From the NCBI GenBank assembly GCA_951406725.2, contig OX597828.1:37262001-37326000 (forward strand): a stretch of DNA of 64,000 nucleotides. Direction: 5' to 3'. The stretch comes from Octopus vulgaris (taxonomy: Eukaryota). The number at the start of each line of letters is the position of its first letter. The first letter of the stretch is position 1. Under the pieces are notes generated by a model that was given only the letters and a program-made list of their open reading frames with translations, did no database searches and was not told the DNA's origin. The position numbers and the translations under genes were made by a program. Below, in pieces: positions 14,290 through 28,336 of the stretch.

Positions 14290-14440
14290 CATTTCTCTTT
14301 CTAAGATATTGAAAATATCAGCCTCAACGGGGGTTAATTTCTTTCTTCAATGGAGGGCATGTAACAAACTTGAAACCCAACTTGTTTTCCCTTTTAGTAT
14401 CAACATTCCTTTTACCAAATCCATTCACATCCAACTGATT
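14290..14440 (-). mobile_element. Decayed Penelope-like ORF N-terminal fragment
   Basis: With one frameshift, the minus strand reads ENKLGFKFVTCPPLKKEINPVEADIFNIL. This resembles the GFKS..CPP....L..FE.D....I motif I recall upstream of the RT in invertebrate PLEs. Confidence 0.45.
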
Positions 14441-15035
14441 AGATCTATAGCCGTTCCATCACTTCTTTCATACAAGCACATATCCATAAAATGCATCATT
14501 GCTCACACATATTTCGCTGTTTACCATCGTGCCGTCGTGCAACCATATACACTAAATAACATCCTTCCCTGAAATGCCATTTCAAATGCAGAACGCTATG
14601 TTTAACAGTGCGTGTTAGCACCAGTGATTAACGAAAAACTTAGAAAAACCCTGAAACACACTATTGATTTACATGTGACAGGAGTCATAATCTATTTATG
14701 AATGCTGTATGAATAAAGTGTGTTTTGGTGTGTCTAATTATTTGTTTTGCCTGTGTGTCAGCGCATGTATATCTATTAACGCTCAGGAGTATGTTTATGT
14801 GTGTCTGTGGTCGCGTGTAATTCTGTGCCTTTTTACGTGCGCATGCGTATTTCCTATTTGTGCCTCTGTGAATATATGTTGACATAGCGGGATTTGAATG
14901 CGTCAATGTGTGTGTGTGTGTGTGTGTGTGGATGTGTGTGAGGATGTGTAGGTTTATGTATTTTCTTTCTATGATTTAAAAAGAAATACATGTATGTTTA
15001 TGTATGTACGTGTGTTGTGTGCATGTGTTCATGTG

Positions 15036-15068
<33 letters not shown>

Positions 15069-15225
15069 TTGTGCATGTGAAAGCTTCGAATTTATTCGTG
15101 GTGGTGAACAAAACCATTTCCATCTTTGTGCAAAAATTCCAGGAACTATCATTAAGATTAGTTTAGCAAATTCACAAAAAGTTTTATTGTCTTTCCCTTC
15201 CCCGCAGTGATTATAATCTGAAATC

Positions 15226-15318
<93 letters not shown>

Positions 15319-15560
15319 ACACACACACACACACACACACACGAAACAACCGTTTAGATCATGCAAACTTTATCAGGGCTTGTACACACACACACGCGCG
15401 CAACCGTCTTTTGTTTCTTTGTGCGTGCGTGTATATATATACATGATACACACATACATACACGCGCAAACACACACACACACACACACATATATGTGTA
15501 TATATATTATACACGTATTTATTTATTATGAATATATTTGTGTGTGCGTATATATATATA

Positions 15561-15859
15561 TTCAACCAGTGCGAGTATTCATTATAATTGGAGTAATGAC
15601 CGTCCCAAGACAAAAATAGATATATTTGTATATGTATATATATATGTAAATATGTATGTATACGTATATGTATGTATGCGCGTATGGGTGTGTGCATGAA
15701 TATATATATATTCATATACACACCCATAGTCGTATACATACATATATATATACATACATACATATATACATATATATATATACATATACATATATATCCT
15801 TTTCTGTCTTGGGACGGTCATTACTCCAATAATAATGAATACTCGCACTGGTTGAATAT
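15561..15859. repeat. ~60-bp inverted repeat separated by TA-rich simple sequence
   Basis: TTCAACCAGTGCGAGTATTCATTAT..TTGGAGTAATGACCGTCCCAAGACA (15561-15612) is the reverse complement of 15805-15856. Confidence 0.9.
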
Positions 15860-16127
15860 CACCTCTTTATTGATAAATACCAAACAAAATAACTAGTCGA
15901 ACACATGTTTAATATGTTGGATAAACTATCAATTATGTTGTTAGTTTGTCAAATCCCTGTCGTCGTTATTCGCGACCTCATCAACGATATTGCCTCCTCT
16001 CTTCAAGGTTTCCCTTGGATTTGTCTTAGGATTAAGAAGGAAGACATGTCATTGGTGTGGTCACGAATAGCGAACCAAAACACTATTGGATAGAATTCCA
16101 AGACTGCCTGTTAGATTTAAACAGTAT

Positions 16128-16186
<59 letters not shown>

Positions 16187-17161
16187 TGCGTGTCTCTATT
16201 TTGCATCTGACCCCCACACCACCACCTGACAATTGCAGTCGTATATTTACGTTTTCATAACTTAACAGCTCGGGCATTGGAACTGCTGGAATAAGAACCA
16301 GACGTAAGACGAAACATGTGTAATAGGGTCACATTGCTCAACTAAACTCGTTGGGGTAATGATCAAAACAAATTAAAGATATATCTTTTGGGGGAAAGGA
16401 TGCAGGTAATGCCATAAATGTTGGGTAAAAACCGTTTCTTTAGAGCAAGTTGAAGGATGACCCTGGAGCACGAACCTACAAGTTAATCGAACATGACGGG
16501 CGTTCTACCAATTGACCAGAGCAACCCATCGAATTTCTCTATACAGTTTAGATAGTTTATTCTTACTACGAGAGTTGTTTGTTGCTGATGTTAAAAGAAA
16601 TATAAAACTTCGAGAGAACGTGAAATAATTCCTGTTTTGGAACAATGAACCACAAAGCCGGTAAAGCCATAAATAATATCGTATATGGTTGAAAAACCCT
16701 TTTAGCATTTTCTATCCAATGTATATATTTTTCGCCCAATATTTTCACGATATTAGTTACAGCTTTATATCTGCTTCGTGTTCTACCGTTCCCCAAAAGG
16801 ATTATTTTACGTTCTTTCGAAATTCCTAAATACTTATTACACCAACAATTTATCGAACCTACTCATTAGTACCAGAATATAATACATTGCAGTGGCAGGG
16901 GCTTGCTGTGGACACACAGACAGAATTTTGAACGTAATTATCTGAAAACCTTTATGACTTATGTATGTCTTCCGTAAATTATGATTCCGCTTATTTCTGT
17001 AGAATATAATTAATTGTATTTTGTACGCAAACTCGTACATTCAACGAATATATATTTTATATGTCCATGTGTAAAGTTGTATCAATGTACTGTGCATGTA
17101 AGTATGATATTTAATGTATTTGTTCATACACGAATATATATATATATATATGTATGTAAGC

Positions 17162-17204
<43 letters not shown>

Positions 17205-17263
17205 TATATATATGTATATATATGTATGTATATATATAGATATACACACACACATACATATAT

Positions 17264-17294
<31 letters not shown>

Positions 17295-17469
17295 GTATGT
17301 ATATACATGCATACATACATTCAAACATATATATGTATATATATTTATATATATATGTATATACATATATATATATGTATGTATATACATTAAACACATT
17401 TACCTATTTTCCGTTACAATTATAATTATTAGAATCAGGCCCGTCAGCTATAACATCACCACTGTTACC

Positions 17470-17700
17470 AAACCATCATCACCACCGCTGCCACCTCCAC
17501 CAGCACCACCACTAGCACCACCACCACCACCACCACCACCACCACCAGCACCGCCGCCGCCGCCACGATCATCCCTACACCACCAGTGCTACCAACATCC
17601 CCACTACGTATATCATTATTATCATCCACAGTACCACCACAACCACCACCACCACCACCACCACAACCACCACCACCACCACCACCACCACCACCGTTAC
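17470..17700. repeat. (CAC)n-rich trinucleotide repeat
   Basis: Directly visible. Confidence 0.9.
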
Positions 17701-18232
17701 CAACACAGCTATTATTTTAATAATCTTTATTATCTTTCTCACAATCATGAATATTGTTCTTGGTAATATTGTTTTTAATTTCAGTATTAATCTTGCTGTT
17801 ACTGCCTTAGTACGGTTTTTCGCCTCCATTTTCTCGTATCTGTAGGAAACGAAAACAAACGGGAACCACAGTAATTATAGCTTCAATAGCAATTGTTAAG
17901 TTAACACGCCCAATATTTCTGAATGAAATGTTTTGTTGTAATTTTGCTCATTCGATGAGATATTCGACACCCCATCGAACGCACACAAACACAAAGACGC
18001 GCGCCTAAACACACACACGCACGTATAGACATACATTTCCTACAACACATACACATACACTCACAAACATGCACACACGCACACATACACGCAAATCCAC
18101 AGACACTGGAATATCCAGGAACACATGTTTATATAATTTACGTCAGTATGTGTATTTATGTGCATATATATGTGTGTGTGTGTATGTGTGGTGGGGTTAA
18201 GCTTCTATATATATAATATATAGACAGAGAAA

Positions 18233-18269
<37 letters not shown>

Positions 18270-18331
18270 TTATATATATATATATATACACATATGTATT
18301 ATATGTATATATTATATATATACATATATAT

Positions 18332-18373
<42 letters not shown>

Positions 18374-18473
18374 GTATTATATGTATATATTATATATATA
18401 CATATATATTCTTATATATATATATGTATATATATGTGCGTGTTTGTGTGTAAGTGATATGTATTTATGCATG

Positions 18474-18562
<89 letters not shown>

Positions 18563-19249
18563 TGTGTGTGTGTGTGTGTGTGTAAATAGATAGATGGATA
18601 GTTAAATACATAAAAAGAGAAGAATGGAGAAAGTGAGAGAGAAAAGGAAAATGAGAAAGTGAAAAAATAAGGGAGAGAACCGTTCATTGCTATTCACAGA
18701 ATTATTATTAAGCCGATGTTGCAATGTTAGATAATACATTGTTAATGGAATAAATCACATTGATTTTCTGAAGTGGTCGGAAATATATTTACTTGCTAAA
18801 TCCTTTAGTGTTTTACCGAACTCTGTAACCTTTCATAAATGCCTAGTTTACATAATATTCGTGTTAGCGTCTGTGTATAAGTTTTTGCCGACATATTGAA
18901 GGTCTAATATATTCTATATATTTACGGTCTGAAATAGCATTTTTAGCAATTGAGAAACGTCGCAAATTTCCAGTTTGTTCAGTGATTTTACCCTATTGGG
19001 TCTCCGTCGGTCATAGTTGACTGTTGCATAGTTGCATATGTATGCTGGGGCCTGGGCAAGAATATTCGAAGAAATTTAGCAGCCATCCTTGAACGAAAAT
19101 TTACCGTTTTCAATGCCATCGATGTTTATCAGAGACCATGATTCTCAAACGGGGTCCTCACAACCTCTATGGATCCATATAAGATTTCGTTGTTAAAATT
19201 TAGCTGTAATAAATTGGTTATTCTTCTACAGTTAATAAAATATTCTAAC

Positions 19250-19650
19250 AAGTGCAGGAGTGGCTGTGTAGTAAGTAGCTTGCTTGCCAACCACATGGTT
19301 CCGGGTTCAGTCCCACTGAGTGGCATCTTGGGCAAGTGTCTTCTACTATAGCCTTGGGTCGACCAAAGCCTTGTGAGTGGATTTGGTAGACGGAAACTCA
19401 AAGAAGCCCGTCGTATATATGTATATATATATATATATATGTGTGTGTTTGTGTGTCTGTGTTTGTCCCCCCAGCATTGCTTGACAACCTATGCTGGTGT
19501 ATTTATGTCTCCATAACTTAGCGGTTCGGCAAAAGAGACCGATGGAATAAGTACTGGGCTTACAAAGAATAAGTCCTGGGGTCAATTTGCTCGACTAAAA
19601 GCGGTGCTTCAGCATGGCCGCAGTCAAATGACTGAAACAAGTAAAAGAGT
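19250..19650 (+). mobile_element. SINE family A, full length
   Basis: Colinear with 8367-8777. Confidence 0.9.
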
Positions 19651-20413
19651 AGTTGTTTATATACAATTCATAATAATATTTAATTAAATAAATATAATAG
19701 GATTTTTTAAAATATAGGGGTCCAGTAGAGTAAAGTGAGAAGCAATGGGGCCATAGGTTGAAATCAATTTGGAGATAAATACCGAAGTACTATTCAAGAG
19801 AAGTACTATTCAAGGGAAGCACTATTCAAAGGATTAGCAGAGACGTTAGAAAATTGGTACCTTGTGGTATATTTTTACGTTCTGACAGCAGCATCTACGA
19901 TGACATTGGTGCTAGGTCGCAAAAAATGGCTGAAAACCACTGATCCGAGGGAAGGAAAACACTATCCGACTTGGGCTCACCCGACCTAGCACCAGTGTCA
20001 TTGCAGATGCTGCTACCAGAACGTATAAAAAAATCCCAAAACAAATACCACAAGGTATCTCTATCAATTACCGAACGCCTCAGTCAATCCACTTCCCTTG
20101 AGAAATCTTCAGTATCTGTCTCCAAATTGATTCCAACTCAGAAGGTTTTGGTGGTTGCAAGTGAACATATTCCAAGAAATTGTTATAGATTAATTGTTTA
20201 CTTCAAAACAGTTCAAAATCGATCATTCTATTGGAACCACACGTAGCGTCCTCTGGATTGCTGTTGATACAAAGGAAGAAAACCATTTCCTTATAATGAA
20301 AGGGGGAATTAGAAATTTGAATTTGAAATCAACGAATATGATAGGACGCGAGGAGATCCCGTATGTAAACATTTATACATATAATATCAATTTTTCATTG
20401 TCTATGATTAATA

Positions 20414-20610
20414 CAGTTCTATATTTAAGAAATGAGGAATTATCTACACTATTTACATTATTTACATTTGACAGATATTTGTCCTCATCTTGTTTGTTGT
20501 TAACACAACGTTTCGGCTGATATACCTTCCAGCCTTCATCAGGTGTTTTGGGGGAAATTTCGAAACTGGGTTCCCATTCCTAAGGTATTTTTCATTATTA
20601 TTATTATAAA

Positions 20611-20698
<88 letters not shown>

Positions 20699-20778
20699 TC
20701 ACTGCCTGGAATCGAACTCGGAATCTTGGGGCTCTTAACCACCTGCGCTCTTAACCGCTACGCCATATACCCGTGGGC
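20414..20778 (-). mobile_element. tRNA-headed, hammerhead-containing SINE-like element (family T-HHR), full length
   Basis: Minus strand: TGGCGTAGCGG A-box, GAGTTCGATTCC B-box, (AAT)n, a linker, then an HHR at 20502-20547 (AACAC-CTGATGA-A-GGCTG..CAGCC-GAAAC-GTT-GTGTT) and a 3' tail. Confidence 0.85.
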
Positions 20779-20890
20779 TTCCCCAAGACACCTGATGGAG
20801 GCTAGGGGGTATATCAGCCGAAACGTTGTGTTATCAACATAACAAGATGAGGACAAATATCCTTCAAATGTAAATAATATAAATAATGTA
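20779..20890 (+). mobile_element. T-HHR 5'-truncated inverted copy abutting the head of the previous element
   Basis: Reverse complement of about 20445-20557; HHR at 20787-20832 with core CTGATGG. Confidence 0.85.
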
Positions 20891-21019
20891 TCTGTGATTA
20901 GGTTCTCACAGTTTATAATTGGTGGTGATCCCATATAATACTGTTTCATCGTTTTTGGTAGAGACGAAAGAGTAAAATTTTCATAAAAGAACAGTGGAAA
21001 ATTACCCATACTAAAATGG

Positions 21020-22030
21020 GAGAGATTCTCTTTGAGAATCTCATCGATCGCTTTGTTTTGAGAATATAAGAACGAATTGAGTCTTAAATCTCACAATCTA
21101 CTTTAAAATGGACTCAAAACGAAGTGCAATATATAAATTTTCATCCGTGTATAAAGTTGAAAATTATGAATTCTAAGGGATGCGTAATCTCTTAAAGTAT
21201 CCATTTCAACAAGTTTAGTCGGATGAAAGCGAATTCATTTGTAGAAAATTTACATTTGTTAAAATCTTCTTTAGCGAATAGCTAAACTTTAAAAACTTTA
21301 AGAGGGACAGAACAGTGAAGCTTGTCAATATTCTCACGTGAGAATAACTAAAAGCAATGTAGAATCTCTTAAAGTATCGAATTTAATTGGTTTTAGATCA
21401 TGAAGGTGAATATAATTGTAGCAAATTTATATTTTATAACCTTGCTTGAAAATGGTTCGCATTTGAATATTCTAAGAATATTCTACTATTATATAAAAAT
21501 CATCAATATTCTCACATGAGAGAATCCAGTCATTATTATGCGTACTAAAAAGAGTAGTTTCTCTTAAAATGTCTCTTTGGCAAGTTTTAATGGCTGAATG
21601 CGAATACATTATAGGAATTTAAAATTTCAATGCATGCTTGAAGGTGGTTGAAAATCTAGTGTTTTTATAAAACCAGTTTAGAAAAGGTAGTAATATTCTC
21701 ATTTGGGAAAAGAGAACTGTCTTATGTTCTAAGAGACGCAAAAACACGTTACATCATGAACTTCAACAGATTTTGGGGTGGGGGTAAGCGTGATAAGAAT
21801 CGCATGATAAAAATTGGTAATATAAAATACCAACAGGATCGGTATATGACTTTCGGAAATGATTAAATTAGAAAATAATGTACACATAAAGATGCAAGAT
21901 GTCATAAATTGTATATATTAGCGGGTTTTGGCATTTTAAAGCGAATATATTTCGAGGAATATTACATGTTATGACATATGTTTAAGTGATTAAAACTGAA
22001 AATTCTAATACTATTAGTGTAGTTAAAAAT
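21020..22030. repeat. Degenerate ~180-bp tandem repeat
   Basis: Recurring motifs: ATTCTCA.(G)TGAGAAT (21330, 21508, 21695), TCTCTTAAAGTATC (~21188, ~21365, ~21560) and GCGAAT.CATT.GTAG.AAATTTTA (~21229, ~21406, ~21600, ~21941). Confidence 0.7.
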
Positions 22031-22044
22031 GCATTTTTATCTTT

Positions 22045-22412
22045 TTAGACTGCAGCGATGTTGGGGCATCGCCTTAGATAGTTTTTAGTCGAATGAATCG
22101 ATTCCAGGTCTAACTTCTTAAAAAGTAAGTATTTATTCTATCAGTCCTTGTTGCCGAAACGGTAAGTTACTGGGGCGCAAACACACCGACACCGGTTGGA
22201 TAAACACAGGCACAACGCGAGCACACACACACACACATATATATATATGTATATACCACGGGGCTTCTTACAGTTTACGTCAGTCAAATCCACTCACATG
22301 GATTGGGGCGTCCCAAGGCTATAGCAGAAAGCATTCGCCCAATGTGTCACATAGTGGGCATGAACCCGGAGCCATGCGAATAGAAGGCAAGCTTCATACC
22401 ACACAGCCACGC
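22045..22412 (-). mobile_element. SINE family A, diverged
   Basis: Reverse-complement similarity to the 8367 copy (ACCACACAGCCAC head, CAAATCCACTCACA). Confidence 0.75.
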
Positions 22413-23134
22413 AGCTTTTAGCATTTTTAGTAAGTAATAATTAATAATGTATGCCACATTGAGGAAAAACAAAACAAAACAAAAGAAGTGAAAAATTGAA
22501 GTTCAGCCGCAACGAAATTTGAACGCAGAAACAAGAGTTACAAAATGAAATACACTTACAACGAATAAATAAGCTTTACAGCACGAATAGAATAAATTCC
22601 ACTCAGAGAAATTTTGACGAAAAGATCTGGATTATATAAGAAAGAACTATTTTGACCTGTGCTTTGCTCGGGTTTTGGTGGTGGTGTTGTTTTGTGCGTG
22701 TTGTCTCCTTCTCCTTTTCTTCTTTTGTTCGCCTGCTTTGCCTGGTTCTTTTCATTGCCCTCTTCTTTACGCCCTTTCCAAAATCCCCCAAATTTTTACA
22801 CCCACAATTAAAGATAACCGCCTCTAGCCTTTGCAGCAACCCGAAAAGTCACAATTATTCAAACAGCGCAACCTGTCTATCCCATAAAACTCAATTTTTT
22901 CCATATTCCTCACCATGGCAATCAAACGGTAGCTCTGAGCGACTTGCAACCCTTCTCACACCATTGCCCACCCCATTTTACACCCCCAGTGTAAATTTCG
23001 GCGTCAATCCGACCCCATCTACAGCCCCTTAAACCTTTCCCATCTCAAAATGAGACAAATAACCAAGAAATCAAACAACTTTTTCGCATTTCAGCTTTAT
23101 AGATGTTGAAATATATTGTGGGTGCAAACTTCCC

Positions 23135-23440
23135 TGTGAGCTTCCCTGTAACCACTTGTTTCGGGTTAAGTCCTACTGCGAACAAACTTCGGGAACCCAC
23201 TTTGGAATGAATTTGGTAAACATAACTGCAGATTTCCATCATGTGTGTGTGTGTGTGTGTAAGTCTGTGTCTGTATGTAGGTATGTGTTTGCCCCACACA
23301 TCGCTTGGCTATCGATGTTTGTTTACGTTCCCGTAACTTAGCGACAAAAGAAAGCCGTAGAACATATACCAGACATAAAAATACGTACTGGGGTTGATTT
23401 GTGCGATCAAAGCCATCAAAGTGGTACGACAGCATAATGA
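23135..23440 (+). mobile_element. SINE family A, highly diverged
   Basis: GGGTTAAGTCCTACTGCG, CCGTAACTTAGCG and GTACTGGGGTTGATTTG segments are colinear with family A. Confidence 0.6.
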
Positions 23441-24775
23441 AATTTGAAAACACTTGCTCACATATCTCCCAGGTCCTCAAAAGATTTTGATATATGCAAT
23501 TTGTATGTCAAAACATGTGTCTGAAAACCGAGAAAACATAGCAAATATTTCAGGGGTTTACTTGTCAGACAAGGAATTTGAGCCGAGACCGTGTGTTGAA
23601 ACTGAAACAAATACTGCCTTTCAAAGACACGCAATAACTATACTTAAACATTCATTATTTGATATCAAAATTTTCATCACGCCAGCTACGACCCGGTCAC
23701 TGACATGTATCCACTGCTACTCGCAGTTGGTGTGACGACACTTTTCACACCAAATGATAAACGTGTTAATAAAGTTAACGGTCTTTAAGTGTTTTGAATA
23801 CGCTGCAATCGTCATATAACAAACAACTATTTTGTAACAGGCAAACCGTAGAAGGAAACAGTTTAAATTTCTGAGCTGTTCGTTTTTTGCTTATCAACAA
23901 GTCATGAGGCATTTCTTAAGTATAGGCATCAAAATCAACGGAAACGATTCTGAAATTCCTTTTGGTTTAACCCCAAGCCAACCTTAATCAAGCAGGCATA
24001 TGTACACATGCTTTCTAGCATTGACCACCGCGTCTTTGTAGAGGCTTCCAGGACTACTTTATCGAATGTATTATTTTCTTGTTTAAAATGATTGGGTATG
24101 AATTGAAGAAGATTTGGTTGCTATTTCCATCAGATCGAGTGTCTATGTAGCGGCTTCCTCATTTACTCGATTTTAATAGAGTTAATTAAATATAGAACAA
24201 TGATCAAACGATCTTAATCATCGAAGAATTAAAATTAATTAACTGCCATTACCTCAAGTAGCGGCATATATTTGTGTGTGTATGTGTCTGTATATTTCTG
24301 TATATGTAAGTACATATTGTGCTTGTGTGTGTGTGTACGCCTATGAGTAAGTAGCTTTGTTGGGGTTTGTTTCTCTATATCTGCGCATGCGTATATATGT
24401 TGTTTAACCATAGCTTAGTTCTGATCCAGCAGGTTTTGGATCGAAGGTATTCCAAGTCTAGGCTTACTTATTTCGTCTCTTATTTTTTCAGGTATAATGT
24501 ATCTAGGACTATATTATCCAATACATCCATCTATTTCATCTAGATAATAGACTGGAATTTGATGGAAACTTGGCTGCTATTTGTAACAGAGTGAGCAGCT
24601 AGTTTGTTTTCTTTATTGATTATTGTTTCACTGTATCACCATACATGTGTGTATGCATGTCTATGCATGTGTATATGTGTGTGTGTGTGAGTGAGTGAGT
24701 GAGTGTGCTTCGTTTGTTTGAGGTTTCCCATGTAGCCATAGCTTTCTTGTATATTGCATCCATGTATGAGAATTT

Positions 24776-24815
<40 letters not shown>

Positions 24816-24852
24816 CTTTGAGTCAATGTAGATATGTGCCTTTGTGAGTGTT

Positions 24853-25064
24853 TCTTATTTCTTTATTGCCCACAAACAAAGGACAGACTAACAGATTAAG
24901 TCGATTACATCAACGCCAGTGCGTAACTGTTACTTAGTTTATCGACCCCGAAAGGATGAAAGACAAAGTCGACCTCGGCGGAATTTGAACTCAGAACGTA
25001 ACGGCAGACGAAATACGACTACGCATTTCGCCCGGCATGTTAACGTTTCTGTCAGCTCGCCGCC
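24853..25064 (-). mobile_element. SINE family B
   Basis: Reverse complement of 61110-61342. Confidence 0.85.
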
Positions 25065-25349
25065 GTGAGTGTGAATGTTTCTATCTGCGTTTTAAAGTGC
25101 ATGCATGAAATTCTTTACAATAGTAAAACTTTCTTTCCGTAAGGTTTCAGAACCATTGTTAGATACTCTGATCAACATATGATTATTGTATAATACATGA
25201 GGTGGAAAATACTGATAACAATTTAGGGCTACCGCGAGGAAATATTTGTTAAGCGCTGAACTAAATGCTTAACAAGATATAGAAGGAATTTTACAAAAGT
25301 TTAGAGCTAAATTTTATTTTCATTTTATTTCTCAGCAAATCCATCTTTG

Positions 25350-25960
25350 AATCAAAGCTGCCGTTAACATTAGATTACTTTTTGTATAATCACTTAGAGA
25401 GCTGCTCAATTCCATTTAAACATAACTGCTTGTCTTGGTCTGTCGAGGAGCCGATTGCAGTCCTTCATTGCTAGAGAACCGATTATCCTTCAAATGGTTT
25501 CATAATTCACAAGATCTGTTAAAGCTCTTCAAAATCACGTTAACGACCAGCTGTCTTTTGCTCCAGAGTCATTTGAATTTGTGCATTGCTGTGGAGTGGC
25601 AGCACACAGATAGCCAGCACTAGACGGAGGTTTGACCTGATGTGAATTCGCAACGGCCAATAGGCACCAGTGTGTGGTGTTTCGTGTGACATTTTCTCAT
25701 TTTATAACCACACCCTTGGAGTTCCAGATTTTGCACATCATTTTGCATAGACTGACTAAATCTTTGAATTTCGAGGACAGCTGAAAAGCTTTATGCTTTC
25801 ACAGTTTTGATTATTTTTCCCATTCGAGATCATTCTGGTTGATCCGTGTCTCAACTGCAGTTATTAACCACCGTTTGAACAGATTTTCGTTCTGATGCAT
25901 TAAAGTTTTCCTCAAAGTATCGTATCCTGCTGTTCTTAATTTTCAACATGTTTGGTTTTC
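25350..25960 (-). mobile_element. Heavily decayed mariner transposase remnant
   Basis: Minus-strand peptides LITAVETRINQNDLE (compare IITGDETWI..YDPE) and HLKDNRFSSNEGLQSA...NGIEQL (mariner C-terminus), with stops and frameshifts. Confidence 0.5.
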
Positions 25961-26699
25961 AACGCGTGGAAGCCTCTTTAAATATTCAAGAATAATTCAA
26001 TCAACAGTCAACTAGCCAACAGCCAGGGTGTGTATGCAATCTCACGCAATGTTATTTGTCATTCTTCCTTTTCATAACGTTAAACAGCAAAGGATTTTTT
26101 TCCTTGATTAATATTCCACAAGTCTTCATAACCAATGTTCGTAATTCCTTCTACCGAAACATTATAGAGTCCATCGTTTAATCATCGCATATGAAGAGTA
26201 GATCCCAAGGCATATACTTTGCCTATAAATCTCCTCTGGTACCACTTACTTACTTCAAAGTAAAAAATTCAATAGTACGATACTTCGATCTCTGATTATG
26301 ATTTTGTCGGTCCCCATCAATTACATCAACTGTTTTATTACTTCTAGATTGCAAGAAGAAAGAACATATGGAGAACAATGAAAATGTTCACACAATTAGG
26401 TGAAATATTTGTTAGAATAATGAGATAACAAAATGTAATTATAAAGTAGCATGACTCTCAAACTTTGGTAATACCCTTAATATATTCTGGGGTTAAATTG
26501 TATCAAAAAGAGCAGCTTCCACGATATTTTGTTTAGATGAGAGGGGATATAACCCTCAACTTATGGGTTACTGGAGTGTTCAAATGATTGCAATGCAATT
26601 TACTCTACATTATTTACATTATTGCTTTAGTAATGATTTCGATTTTCTAGAAATAACAGCCAAATCACTCAAAATAATAATGATAATAACAACAACAAC

Positions 26700-26813
26700 A
26701 TCGAAAAATACTTTAGGAATGAGAACCCAGGTTCCAGATTTCCCCCACGACATCTGATGAAGGCTGGAGGGTCTACTAGCCGAAACGTTGTGTTAACAAC
26801 AAACAAGATGAGG
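26700..26813 (+). mobile_element. T-HHR element, headless copy
   Basis: TCGAAAAATAC.TTAGGAATGAGAACCCAGG linker and an HHR at 26749-26794 (GACAT-CTGATGA-A-GGCTG..TAGCC-GAAAC-GTT-GTGTT). Confidence 0.85.
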
Positions 26814-27069
26814 GGTCCGAGACAAGAGAAAATAAAACGTAAGGGTTGAATACGGATCAGGGATCTAATCCATCAGGTATGGCCTACTGCAGTTAAACTA
26901 CAACAACAAAAGCAACAACAGCAAGAATAACAACAACATCACCAACAACAACAAGAATAACAATTACAACAACAACAACAACAACACAACAATAACAACA
27001 ACAACGATAACAATCAATAAATTGTTTTCCACATCGTGCTGGGTGATTGTACTGTTCATCACTTTCACT

Positions 27070-27455
<386 letters not shown>

Positions 27456-27791
27456 TTCTTTAAAGTAGAGGATAACAGGGAAAGTAGGGGGAGGGGAGGA
27501 TCGTGTCGTTAACATTTGTGGAGAGACACGAGTTGTCTATTGATTCAATCTCAGTAAAGGACCAGTAGAGATATTACCGACAATTGCATTTCACCTCGTC
27601 TAATTAGTTGTTATTCAAAGCCTATTCAACAACATATCACTGAAAGGTCACGTCTTTCTACACAAGCAGTGACTAATGTATCTCTTATTAGTAGTGTTTT
27701 GTATATGTCTCTATTCGTGGCTATGTATTTCTATACGTGCTTATATGTCACTCTCTCTCGCCTGTTTCACTTATATGTATATGTATGTATG

Positions 27792-27837
<46 letters not shown>

Positions 27838-27952
27838 TATATATATATACATATATTCATATATATATATATCTATGTATATATATACACACACACGTAT
27901 GTATATATATATGTATATATATGTATATATGTGCATGTGTATATGTATATAC

Positions 27953-28047
<95 letters not shown>

Positions 28048-28191
28048 TATATATATGTATGTATATATACACACACACGTACATATGTATATATATATAT
28101 ACATACATATACATATATATATATATATACGTATATATATATATATATATACATGCACATATATACATATATACACAAATACATATATACG

Positions 28192-28224
<33 letters not shown>

Positions 28225-28288
28225 ATATATATATATATATATATACATATATATGTATAGATATATATGTATTGTGAATGTATGTGTG

Positions 28289-28336
<48 letters not shown>

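Noticed and set aside
14234-14572. 112-aa plus-strand ORF
   Set aside because: No recognisable domain; the opposite strand is better explained as a decayed PLE fragment.
17014-17766. 250-aa Pro/His-rich ORF
   Set aside because: Derived from (TA)n and (CAC)n repeats.
19783-19830. Three 16-bp repeats (GAAGTACTATTCAAG), possible CRISPR-like array
   Set aside because: Adjacent tandem copies with no spacers in eukaryotic DNA; a simple minisatellite.
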